From Eledone cirrhosa (taxonomy: Eukaryota): a DNA stretch of 64,000 bases. The position numbers were made by a program, and so were the translations under genes. Below are positions 26,588-37,846 of this stretch, one piece after another. Location of the stretch: contig OZ024756.1 in assembly GCA_964016885.1 (NCBI GenBank), forward strand, positions 6,572,001-6,636,000. Reading direction: 5' to 3'. Below the pieces are notes generated by a model. That model saw nothing but the letters and a program-made list of their open reading frames with translations. It did no database searches and was not told where the DNA came from. Positions within the stretch are counted from its first letter, which is position 1. Each line of letters starts with the position of its first letter.

Positions 26588-27340
26588 GGGTGGTTCGAAG
26601 TAGTGGTGCTGGTGGTGGCGGCGGTGGTGGTGGTTCGAAGTGGTGGTGGCGGTGGTGGCGGTGGTGGTGGTGGTGGTGGTGGTTCGAAGTAGTGGTGCTT
26701 GTGGTGGCGGTGGCGGTGGTGGTTCGAAGTGGTGGTGGCGGTGGTGGCGGTGGTGGTGGTGGTGGTGGTGGTTCGAAGTAGTGGTGCTTGTGGTGGCGGT
26801 GGCGGTGGTTCGAAGTAGTGGTGCTGGTGGGGGTGGCGGTGGTTCGAAGTAGTGGTGCTGGTGGTGGCGGCGGTGGTGGTTCGAAGTAGTGGTGCTGGTG
26901 GTGGCGGCGGTGGTGGTGGTTCGAAGTGGTGGTGGCGGTGGTGGTGGTGGTTCGAAGTAGTGGTGCTTGTGGTGGCGGTGGCGGTGGTTCGAAGTAGTGG
27001 TGCTGGTGGGGGTGGCGGTGGTGGTGGTTCGAAGTGGTGGTGGCGGTGGTGGTGGTGGTGGTGGTGGTGACGGTGGTTCGAAGTAGTGGTGCTTGTGGTG
27101 GCGGTGGTTCGAAGTAGTGGTGCTGGTGGGGGAGGCGGTGGTTCGAAGTAGTGGTGCTGGTGGTGGCGGCGGTGGTGGTTCGAAGTAGTGGTGGTGGTGG
27201 TGGCGGTGGTGGTGCTTCGAAGTAGTGGTGGCGGTGGTGCTTCGAAGTAGTGGTGCTGGTGGTGGTGGTGGTGGTGCTGGTGTTTCGAAGTAGTGGGGGT
27301 GGCGGTTCGAAGCAGTGGTGGTGGTGGTTGTGGTGGTGGA
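26588..27340. repeat. (GGT)n repeat punctuated by TTCGAAG
   Basis: About 20 GGTTCGAAGT(A/G)GTGGTG units separated by variable GGT/GGC runs. Confidence 0.95.
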
Positions 27341-27509
27341 TGTAGAGTAACAGTGGTTAGGATGGCACTGGTGATTGAGTGGGGTAGAGAAGGGGGGGGG
27401 GGGTGATCGATGTGGTCGAGTGTTTGTATTCAAACAAGCGAGGTGGGTTATATATATATTAAATAGATAGGTAGATGATAGATAGATAGCTATACACATA
27501 GCTAGATAG

Positions 27510-27548
<39 letters not shown>

Positions 27549-28153
27549 CAGAGAGCGAGAGGGGGTGAGGTACGTACATACATAGAATGATAGATAGATA
27601 GATAGATAAAAGATTGGAGAAAAAGAGAAAGCAACAGAGACGTATTTAACAGGGTAGAGGTGGGGCGGGGCTACTTAGAAATATAGGTTTGAATTGACAG
27701 AGAGAGAGGAGGTGATGAGAGAGAGAGGTATAGGGTAATACAGAGAGGAGAAAGAGTCAGAGAGAGGGGGGAGACAGAGAGACACAGAGAACGAGAGAGA
27801 GAGAGAGAGAGAGAGAGAGGTAGATATCATGTAGGTAGGTGTACATAGAAGGTGGGACGTGAAACAAGGTTAAAGAAACAGGGGTGGAGTATAGATAAGA
27901 AGAGTTCCGTGAGAGGGTTAGAGAGAGATAGTCAGAGAAAGAGAGAGACAGAGAAAGTGTGAGAGAGAGAGAGACACACAGAAAGTGAGAGAGAGAGAGA
28001 CAGAGAAAGTGTGAGAGAGAGAGAGGGTGGAGTGTGTGAGAGAGCGACAGAGGGTTGTGTTAGGAAGTTAGAGAATAGGTAAATAAAGAGAAAACGAATG
28101 AAAGGTGAAATGGCTAGCAATGGCCAGAGTTAATAGTTTGTTTGTATAGACTC

Positions 28154-28184
<31 letters not shown>

Positions 28185-28834
28185 TGTACATATATATACA
28201 TGTATATATATGTACATATGTATACAAGTATATAATGTACACATCCACTTTAAATAACTACTGTATTTTTAAGAACACCATTTCAAACGAGTTTCTTTCT
28301 CTTTATTTTTTCTTTTTAAATACTTCATTTCTTCATCCATTTTATCATTATTATTATTATTATTATTATTGATGCCATTGTTGCTGGTGTGGGGATGGTG
28401 GTGGTGTGTGTGAGGGGGGGGGGGGGGGGGCATTTGTGGTGTAGAATTTTCTATTAACTAGGAGTTCTTTCAATATGTCGACCCCCTGTTTAACCGCTAT
28501 GAAACTCGCCACACGTATGACTGAATGGCTTGCTTAAGTGACAGCAATTCAACTATTCATAGAAACATTGGCTCACCGCGAATCTCCAATTCTTTGCAAT
28601 TTAACGTCAGTTTGACTTAATAGACACAACTCACGCGGGAGCAATTAATAAGGGCCTCTCTCTCTGCTCACAGGATCATTATTGTGTGGGTGTGTGTAGG
28701 GGAAAGCGTTTTAATAGGATCTCTGTTTAATTTGGATTAGAGCATTATTCGTAGTAGTTGTTGTTGTTCCATCAGATATTCTTATTGTTTCGTCTTATTG
28801 TTTGTTTCTGTTCCTATTATTAAAACTATGAGTG

Positions 28835-29125
28835 AGGGTGGTGGATTGACAGAATTGGTAGAGCGTCAGATACCATTCTATACAGCATTGAGTTACGACC
28901 CTTTATGATATGAGTTCAAATCCCGCCGAGGTTGACTTTGCTTTTCATCCTTACGGGGTCGATAAAATAAAGTACCAGTCACGCACTGGAGTCGATTTAA
29001 TCGACTTTCCACTTCCCCCAAAATTACTGGCCTTGTGCCTACATAAGAAACCATTATTAAAAATATGCGTGAGGGTGGTGGATTGGCAGTATTGATAGAG
29101 CGTCAGGCACTATTCTTTACAGCGA
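28835..29125 (+). mobile_element. Family-A SINE plus a second SINE head
   Basis: Homologous to the other copies. Confidence 0.8.
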
Positions 29126-29197
29126 AATTTTCTTTTTTCTTTTTGAATTTGGCAAAGCCGGCCATTTATCGCTCGTATACAGGAAACTCACTGGCCA

Positions 29198-29295
29198 GTC
29201 TGCTGATATGCAAATCTAGCTGATCAGTGGGTCTTCTAATATGCAGATCTGACTGATTAGTCAGTCTGCTAATATGCAAATCAGGCCGATCAGTC
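29198..29295 (+). promoter_or_regulatory. Three 33-bp-spaced octamer motifs upstream of a hammerhead (putative pLTR enhancer/promoter)
   Basis: ATGCAAAT 29208-15, ATGCAGAT 29241-48, ATGCAAAT 29274-81. Confidence 0.45.
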
Positions 29296-29360
29296 AATGT
29301 GTATTTTTGAAAATATCATATATTTTCACTAGCTCTGACAGTTTGGCAGGTGATTAGTGG

Positions 29361-29406
29361 GCTGTACTGATGAAGGGTGATACCCAGAAAGATTAGTGTC
29401 TGCAGT
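29361..29406 (+). ncRNA. Type I hammerhead with a degenerate stem III
   Basis: GCTGTA-CTGATGA-AGGGT(GAT)ACCCA-GAAA-GATTAGTG-TC-TGCAGT; 6-bp stem I with two G.U pairs; stem III is mismatched (ancestral CACTAGTG palindrome inferred). Confidence 0.65.
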
Positions 29407-29522
29407 TCTGTTAACATGTCAACACAAGAGCAAGAATGAAGTGTTCATTCTGCTGACATGGCTATAAAATTGAGGCTTGTTTGCATAATTGCAAACGAAT
29501 CGAATATTATTATTAATATTCG

Positions 29523-29695
29523 AGGGTGGTGAATTGGCAGTATCAGTAGAGGGTCGGACATGCTTTCCAGCATAGTTACGTCCCTTTACAATCTGAGTTC
29601 AAATCCCGACGAGGTTAACTTTGCCTTTCATCATCACGGGGCCGATAAAATAAAGTACCAGTAATTGCTGGCCTTATGCTAAAAGTAGAAATAAT
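29523..29695 (+). mobile_element. Family-A SINE with TSD TTATTAATA(T/C)TCGA
   Basis: Direct repeats flank the SINE inside the pLTR-like element. Confidence 0.85.
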
Positions 29696-30286
29696 TATTA
29701 ATACTCGAAAAACTCAGATTACATTTATTGTATTCAGCCATGTAGTGCGACATTATCCTCTCTCTCTCTCTCTCTCTCTCCCTCTCTCTATTTATTTATT
29801 TATGGGCTGTTTATCTTAAACTCTCACTCTTTTTATACATACATAATCATCACATATTTCGTGGCGCATGTGTCTTGGGTGCAGTGTGTAGCAGTGTATG
29901 TATATATGTGTTATGTGTGTATGTAAGCATATATGTGGGCATACATCTGAGTATTAGATAGGTACGACAGTATTTTTTCCGTGAATTGAGTCAATGAAAC
30001 TACTGTTTTGATTACGTATTGGAATCAATTCATTTAGACTACTAACCCTCCATAAAGAAATACTTAAACGTGACAATGTTCCAAATATTTATTCAATAAA
30101 ATTTCTGTCTGTATAAGAACACAATGTACTAAGTTATGATACTGTTCTGAGTAAAAACTGTCCTGTTGTTTTTATACTTTTCTATAGAACATTCCCGAAT
30201 GTTTAGAAGTAATTCTTCAGTTACCGTCTTCCAAAGTTTTTCAAAATCTATACAATATTATATATATATATATAAATATATATATA

Positions 30287-31046
30287 CAGTGTATTTCTGG
30301 TATTCGCTGTTGCGATATTCGCAGTTCCGATTTCGGTGCTCCGGTTATTCGCGGAAATTTCCTTAAAACCTAACTCCTAATTGTTCGTGGAAACCACCTC
30401 ATAATTGCTGGATTTTTTTTTCGTGGCAATTTATATATCTTTTAACGCTACATTATTAATAACAATAAGGCGGTGGATTGGCAGTATTGGTAGAGGGTCG
30501 GACGCCATGCTTTGACGCACAGAGTTACGGCCCTTTCCATTCTGAGTTCAAATCCCGCCGAGGTTAACTTTGCCTTTCATCCTTACAGGGTCGATAAAAT
30601 AAAGTACAAGTAATGCACTGGGTTATGTAGAAACAATTATTAATAACAATCCCGCCGAGGTTAACTTTGCCTTTCATCCTTACAGGGTCGATAAAATGAA
30701 GTACCAGTAATGCACTGGGGAAATTGCTGGCCTTGTGCCTAAAGTAGAAACAATTATTAATAACAATCCCGCCGTGGTTAACTTTGCCTTTCATCCTTAC
30801 GGGGTCGATAAAATAAAGTACCAGTAATGCACTGGGTAATTGCTGGCCTTGTGCCTAAAGTAGAAACAATTATTAATAACGATATACCGTATTTTCCGGT
30901 ATCTTGGACGCCCCTTCTTTTTTATTATATTTTACATTGTATTTTGTTGTTTATGGGCATTTTTATAGAACACGTCCAATTTTCGCAGTTTTTCACTCTT
31001 CGCGGGTCCTCTAGGAACGTAAACCCCGCGAATACAGGGTGGACTA
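30287..31046. mobile_element. Decayed pogo/Tigger-like MITE with nested tandem SINEs (30468-30880)
   Basis: TA|CAGTGTATTTCTGGTATTCGC left end and CCGCGAATACAGGGTGGACT right end (imperfect TIR); three serial SINE 3' halves inside. Confidence 0.5.
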
Positions 31047-31690
31047 ATGAAATACCTTCTCACTCTTGCTCGATAAGACTGGGGTCATCCTAGATCAACG
31101 ATCTTCGAGGCATCATAGTGTGTAGAACCGTCAATGTAACATCACATGATCACGCGATGTAATACTTCAAATGGTGATGTATATTATTATTAATATTAAT
31201 AACATTATTAAAGTACCAATAATGCACTGGGTAATTGCTGGCCTTGTGCCTAAAGTAGAAACAATTATTATTAATATTATTATTATTATTATTATTATTG
31301 ACAGTTTCCATTTATAGGATAAGGATAAAGATAAATATCCCATAACTTCTTGTCGAGTCGTAGAGGCCCCGTCATACGGTGTGTCTAGGGCACTTTTAAA
31401 ATTGGCGAAGTCCAACCCTCTCCAGGTCTGAACACAGCCGATTTTTTTTTCTATAGAAGGAAGAATCCACCCCAGTACTAGACTGGTACTTTTCTTGACC
31501 TCGAAAGGATAAAAGGCAAAGATGACCCCCATGGGATTTGAACTCAGAATGCGCAATAGGGTGGGACAAATACCGTAAAACATTCTATCGTCTTCTATAC
31601 GTCTTAACAACTCTGCCAATTCCATTTATATATATAGTAATATAAAAAAAAGAAAGAAAATGTTCTCTCTACATGGCTGAATATAATACA

Positions 31691-32308
31691 TATAATCTGA
31701 GTCTTTCGAATATTAATAACTGTTTCTACTTTTGGCACAAGGCCAGCAATTATCCCAGTGTATTACTGGTACTTTATTTTATTGACCCCGTAAGGATGAA
31801 AGGCAAAGTTAACCTCGGCGGGATTTGAACTCAGAATGGCAAGGGCCGTAACTCTATGCGTCAAAGCATGGCGTCCGATCCTCTACCGATACTGCCAATC
31901 CACCACCTTTCGAATATTAATAACAACATTCGATTCGTTTGCAATTAGGCGAACAAGCCTCAATCTTATAGCCATGTCAGTAGAATTAACCCTTCATTCT
32001 TGCTATGCCAACACAGGAGCTAGAATGAAGTGTCCATTCTACTGACATGGCTATAAGATTGAAGCGTGTTTGCATAATTGCAAACGAATCGAATGTTGTT
32101 GGATTGTCAGTATCGGTAGAGGGTCGGACGCCATGCTTTCCAGCATAGTTACGTCCCTTTACGATCTGAGTTCAAATCCCGCCGAAGTTGACTTTGCCTT
32201 TCATCCTTACGGGGTCGATAAAATAAAGTACCAGTCATGCACTGGTTAATTGCTGGCATTGTGCCTAAAGTAGAAACAGTTATTAATATTCGAAAAACTC
32301 AGATTATA
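31691..32308. mobile_element. ~620-bp fold-back of pLTR-like element plus SINE (SINEs at 31721-31907 minus, 32099-32283 plus)
   Basis: Arms from TATAATCTGAGT to ACTCAGATTATA, centre near 32005-32020. Confidence 0.85.
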
Positions 32309-32592
32309 TTTATATACATATTAAAATTTCTCTTTACCATTCAGTACAGATGTCGAGGATAATTTATGAAACTCCAATGGAGCGAGCAAACAAATCAAAT
32401 TCTCTATATGTAAACATATTGTGAAAGATGTAATCAATAGTAACAAAATGGTAGATACAATTTGTAAATATAATATAGTTATTTATATTGGTGTTTAGCT
32501 GTTGTCAAACTATGATATTACTAATGTAACTTAAGATACCATTTCCCAGCAGAAGGCCTTGTGGTTATATATATATGTGTGTGTGGGTATGT

Positions 32593-32626
<34 letters not shown>

Positions 32627-33250
32627 ATGCGTGTGTGTGTATGTATACTTGAGGGAGCTAGAGAGACAGCCAGACAGAAATACAATAAGAGAAAGCTGGA
32701 GATTTAAACACAGACAGGAACTGAATAAAATGCTACCGTCATGAAAAATCGACAGAGATTGATATGTATATATATATATATATATATATGTATAAATATA
32801 TATAATTTTAGTAAGTAAGTCAATTTTCATAACTTTCTTATTTACGTCTTTCATATAATTGTTCTGCATCCCCTTGCATAGAACCACAAAGTTACTAAGA
32901 CAAAACATATATATTTACTAAAATGGGTATGCATCTGTATACATATGTTGGTAGATATACTAATTCTTTATATATATATGTATATATATATATAACAGTT
33001 GGAAATTGCAAACTTGACTGTCACCACAAAATATGAACCTGAAGATTGCGAAAGCATGAGAGTACTTGTTCAGTTAACACTTAACATTTAATATTCTACC
33101 ATACTATTTCATTATAATATCATTATAAATTTTAAAGGGTTGTAAATAAAACGAGTAAATCAGACAAATTTGGAATTCCTTTTATTAAAATATATATATG
33201 TATATATATATATAGAGAGAGAGAGACAGAAGGAGCATGAGATGTATTGA

Positions 33251-33291
<41 letters not shown>

Positions 33292-33859
33292 ACGTACATG
33301 AGAAACTTGTTTACTGTGTATACTAAGTCTACTGTGTATATTGTTTACTGGGACTAGCTAACATTCAAGTAAACAACCGTCTTCCGCCTTATTTACTTAC
33401 AAATTTCATAGTGATTTGTCATAGCAAATTTGTTATCGTGAAACTATTCCTTCTCTTCTTCTCCCTCTCTTCCTCCTCCCAATACCCCCTCCCTCTTCTC
33501 TCTCTCTCTCTATCTATCTATCTGTTTATCTCATTGTGGGCTCCTTCTTCCTCAGAACAACAGACATGGTGGAAATCACAAGGCTATGTTTGAAAGTACA
33601 GCAACCAACACTGAGATAACAACAAACAACGCTGACGAAAGAAATCAAATAATTACAGAACGTGGTGTTTAAAGTATACTTAATGAGAATAAAGCTATTA
33701 ATATGGCCGACTCATTAAATTTTAGGACGTTTGTTGTCAGTAATCTGAGTTCTCAGTTCAAATCTCACAGAAGACCGCTGACATGACTAACCCACTACTG
33801 ATACAACACTCTCTCCTTGTAGCTGTTGTTAGTGACAACAGCAGCAGTAATGGTGCTGC

Positions 33860-34305
33860 TAAAGACAAGCACTTACCTCTTCGGTGATGCCCTGATTAAC
33901 TTTTTCAAATTTCATTTTAAAAGGAAAATCAGGGTAGAAAGGGAAGTGCTCTCTTTCCAGCATTTTGTTGAAAGATGGGTGAGAGAGGCAAGAATGGCCC
34001 GTGTTAATGGGCCTACTCTGAGTATCTGTCTGTAAATTAAAGGTGTAAAACTGGGAGAGGGCACTTGCCCTGGTGGTCAGGGTCACTGTGGCCTTTTAAT
34101 GGGCTTTCTGCACAAATGTCCCTCGGAAGTCTCCCCCCTATTGGGGAATTTTTCATTGTTATTTTTTATTACATCCTCAGTTTTTTTACACGCAGAAATG
34201 CCCATTTGTACCGTCCTGTATTGTCCTGTACTGTCCTTAATGTCTACTTTATGTAAACCCTTGTGGTTAATAAAGAAAGCATTATTATTATTATTATTAT
34301 TATTA
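33860..34305 (+). mobile_element. 3' fragment of an L1/Tx1-like LINE
   Basis: ORF end ..LINFFKFHFKRKIRVEREVLSFQHFVERW..* (F-x3-W terminal pattern), 3' UTR, AATAAA and (ATT)n tail; clade assignment is inferred. Confidence 0.5.
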
Positions 34306-34743
34306 TAAATATGCAACTTAACAATATTCTGCATATCCGCATAGTCTACTATTAACCCGTGACTCCTGGGGAGTCATAGGAGTGCCATATTGATATACGG
34401 CATTTCTGGGGCATTTTTTAAAACCTGGCAGAACTTATTCCTCTCCAGGCCTGAGTGCAGCAGATTTCTTCCAGAGAAGCATAGAAGAGAGTGATAAAAT
34501 GAGAAAGCGGTAGAGTGGAAGATTCGACCACAGTGCTTAACTAGTTCTTCTTTATCGACCATTAATGGTTGAAAGGCAAAGTTGACCTCGGTGGGATTTG
34601 AACTCAGGGAGCAGAAAGCCAAAATGAATACCACAAAGCATTCTATCTGGCGTTCTAATGACTGTCAATTCGCCACCTTGCTAAAGGCAAACACACTCCA
34701 TATATCAGATGATGTGTGTTCTAGACACAAAAACCAATAATCA

Positions 34744-34785
<42 letters not shown>

Positions 34786-34839
34786 ATAGGAGTGAAGAGT
34801 GCTCTATGTAAGTACCAGAGCAAAATTTAATATATATAT

Positions 34840-35047
34840 ATAGGAACGAGTAGGACCCCGACGGCTGAGCTCAAGCCGTTTCCACGGCTAATTCTGGACT
34901 AACATTTTAGTCCAGAATTAGCCGTCGAAACGGCTTGAGCTCAGCCGTCGGGGTCCTACTCGTTCCTATTACCCACTTTACTACCCTAAGTATTGAGTAC
35001 TTTGGTGCGTTATGGTCCATCTGGTTCCTTACCACATTTCCTTCGTT
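34840..35047 (+). mobile_element. Short (TA)n-inserted element with ~63-bp fold-back arms (34840-34969)
   Basis: Same family as 14697-14861. Confidence 0.85.
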
Positions 35048-35415
35048 ATATATATATATATATATATATAGTCATTTCATTAAGGCTAAATAGTGAGTTT
35101 CGCCTTATTGGATAAGCAGGTGAAACTCCAGAGTAACAAGACTCACTATTATTTACCTTTAATAAAATGAATTTCTAAACTCCACTTCCGTATTGAGTAA
35201 AATGAATTTCTAAACTCCACTTCCGTATTGAGTACTCTTTTCTCTCAACCGTCAACTACGTACGGATATATATATATTTTAAAGGTACAATGGTGTTTAA
35301 GTACGTTTTCGTCAGTGAAGTCATTCTTTACCTTTTTAAAAATACACTTCATTATACGAAGGATTTCATACATGTTCCAATAAATATATATATATAATTG
35401 TCTAAATTTGAGCTA

Positions 35416-35493
35416 ACTTCCTGATGAATCCGAAGCTCTAGATATTCTATGTTATCGGATGTCTTAAAATGCGGACGAAACCATGGTAGAGGT
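35416..35493 (+). ncRNA. Type I hammerhead ribozyme (GUA) with a long stem II
   Basis: ACTTC-CTGATGA(35421-27)-ATCCG..AGATATTC..GGATGTCT..CGGAC-GAAA(35477-80)-CCATGG-TA-GAGGT; palindromic stem III ACCATGGT. Confidence 0.85.
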
Positions 35494-35763
35494 AATTAAA
35501 TATGTACACATTTCTTCTAGTTTATTTTACACCTAATTCTGTTTAGTTGACTGTATATCTGGTCGATACATGGTGTAGAAATGTTCGATAAATACTCCGT
35601 CGTAACCGCCGCGAAGGGGCTGCTTTCGGTTATTTGTCGGAGATTTCTTCATAGGCGCCTTTATTCTTATAACTTGGTCTAATTGATTTGTATATGGTTA
35701 ATTATGCTAATTGGGAGAGGAAACGGTATATATTTTATCTAGTGATTCTATAGACATGTTTTA

Positions 35764-35846
<83 letters not shown>

Positions 35847-35904
35847 GGAATACTGATAGCTTCTCGCTACAATAATTTCTATACCTTTCATTTATATATA
35901 TATA

Positions 35905-36240
35905 TATAAAGAAAAAGGGATGAAATTGAAAATGCAACTGAAGTCTTATTTTTTTTTAAATATATATATTTATTTGGTTCCTTTACCGGTTTCGCAGTTC
36001 TTCTGCTTTTCAAAAGGTGAGTTGAGATGGAGGGTCTGTGGTTTTTCTCAGACCCTCCATCTCAACTCACCTTTTGAAAAGCAGAAGAACTGCGAAACCG
36101 GTAAAGGAACCAAATAAATATATATATTTTTAAAAAAAATAAGACTTCAGTTGCATTTTCGATTTCATCCCTTTTTCTTTATACTTCCACTCGTGTAGGA
36201 CACCTCGGTTATTTTTCATTTTGTAAAAAAAACCTCACTT
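35905..36240. mobile_element. Fold-back element with ~134-bp arms carrying a U3-A8 hammerhead on both strands
   Basis: Arms 35905-36038 and 36049-36183 with a 10-nt loop. Confidence 0.85.
36070..36107 (+). ncRNA. Minimal type I hammerhead with a U3-A8 compensatory core (mirror copy 35980-36017, minus)
   Basis: CCTT-TTGAAAA-GCAG(AAGAA)CTGC-GAAA-CCGG-TA-AAGG. Confidence 0.7.
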
Positions 36241-36536
36241 TCTAATATATATCTATATATATATATATAAATGAAAATAGAGAAATTAATGTGTGCAAGA
36301 AGCCAACAATATTTCATAATATATAAGTGAATATAACGTCAAAATGGAAAATATTTAACATATGATATGCGAAAATAATTCAAACTCAATGCAAAAAAAA
36401 AAAAAAAAAAAAAAAAATCAAGACAGAAATTTTATCCACAGATTTTGTGAAATCCAGGGAAAAAAACCAATATAGTCTTAACCCAGAATAAAATTAAGGT
36501 TAAATACTCATCCTTCAATTTGGAAAAACTTCAAAT

Positions 36537-36617
36537 GCTCTATATAGTCTTAAAAAGACTATTTCACGAAACTTTTCCGTGGGATTAGTCACGGTTGGAG
36601 TCGTTCATCAGTAGAGC
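36537..36617 (-). ncRNA. Complete type I hammerhead ribozyme with a 7-bp stem III
   Basis: Minus strand GCTCTA-CTGATGA-ACGA..CCGTG(ACTAATCC)CACGG..TCGT-GAAA-TAGTCTT(TTT)AAGACTA-TA-TAGAGC. Confidence 0.9.
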
Positions 36618-36830
36618 TCAAAACACGAGAACCAAAATAGCACTGCTAAAATATTGCAGAAAGGAACTTTAAAAGCAGGTTAATGAACCTTGTGCGGAAT
36701 TATGAAAATAAACACACATGGAGAACATGGCTGGTGACGTCAGAATGAGACGAATGTCTGTTAACAAGAAACAGCAGTCAAAATATTCCGAAAAAAAAAT
36801 CAACAAAAGTGTATGGAGTTCAGCATATAG

Positions 36831-36862
<32 letters not shown>

Positions 36863-36867
<5 letters not shown>

Positions 36868-37016
36868 AACGAGTAGGACCCCGACGGCCGAGATCAAGCC
36901 GTTTCGACAACTCATTCTGGACTAGTCTGGGTCCTACTCGTTCCTATTACCCACTCTACTATTGAGTACTTTGGTGCGTTATGATCCATCTGGTTCCTTA
37001 CCACATTTCCTTCGTT
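36863..37016 (+). mobile_element. Third copy of the 14697 fold-back family
   Basis: Shared ATAGGAACGAGTAGGACCC.. inverted arm and identical 3' end. Confidence 0.85.
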
Positions 37017-37415
37017 ATATATATATATATATACACACTTTAAAAATCTACACGATACGTTACTAGGGTATAGGCATATTTATTTTGTTATAGAAATGAC
37101 TTTCTACAAGAACAGAAATGTTTCATTCATAAGAAATTATCAGGAAAATAATTTCTTTGTGATTTCTTAGTAATGAAATAGTTCTAGTCATGTAGTTGTT
37201 TATATATATATATTCTGTTTAGAAATGTACGGAAAACACAAATATAAGACAGTTTCCCTCTTCAGTTTCCTGTGGTGGGTCTCGGATGTTTTAACACGTT
37301 CGAAACCCACAGCTGACAACAGAAGAGGGGAATTGTCTTTTGTTTGTGACTTCCCGTACATTACTAAACATTATTTATTAGTAACCACACAGCACCTTGG
37401 CCCTTTTAATTCCTG

Positions 37416-37459
<44 letters not shown>

Positions 37460-37460
<1 letters not shown>

Positions 37461-37792
37461 CGTTCCCGAAAGGTCTTTTTTCTAAGCGCGCTCATATTCA
37501 CCTAGCTTATGCTAACAGAATAACTATGAAGCTTGTTCCCTTCCTTCTACGGTTAGCTCTCCTCTTTGTTGTTATCTTGTCTCACTCGCTTTACGCGTTT
37601 TAATTGTCCTAATAACTTAATTTAGTTATTATTGCACTGACGTGAGGTATATGATTTTTAATGCAATGAAATATCTATGATCGTCGGCAAATCACTGATG
37701 AGGGACTTATTTTATTACATGTTATCCATGTACAACCTGCAGTATTCTTCTCCCCATTTTTTCACATATATTTACCTAAACTGCGATTCTGT

Positions 37793-37846
<54 letters not shown>

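Noticed and set aside
26567-27634. 355-aa Pro/Thr/His-rich extensin-like ORF
   Set aside because: The repeat motif drifts across all three frames, which indicates a non-coding GGT repeat.
37632-37710. CTGACG..GAAA..GTC and CTGATGA motifs (also 38175-38255 and 372-420) as a hammerhead
   Set aside because: Stems II and III do not close in either type I or type II topology in any of the three copies.
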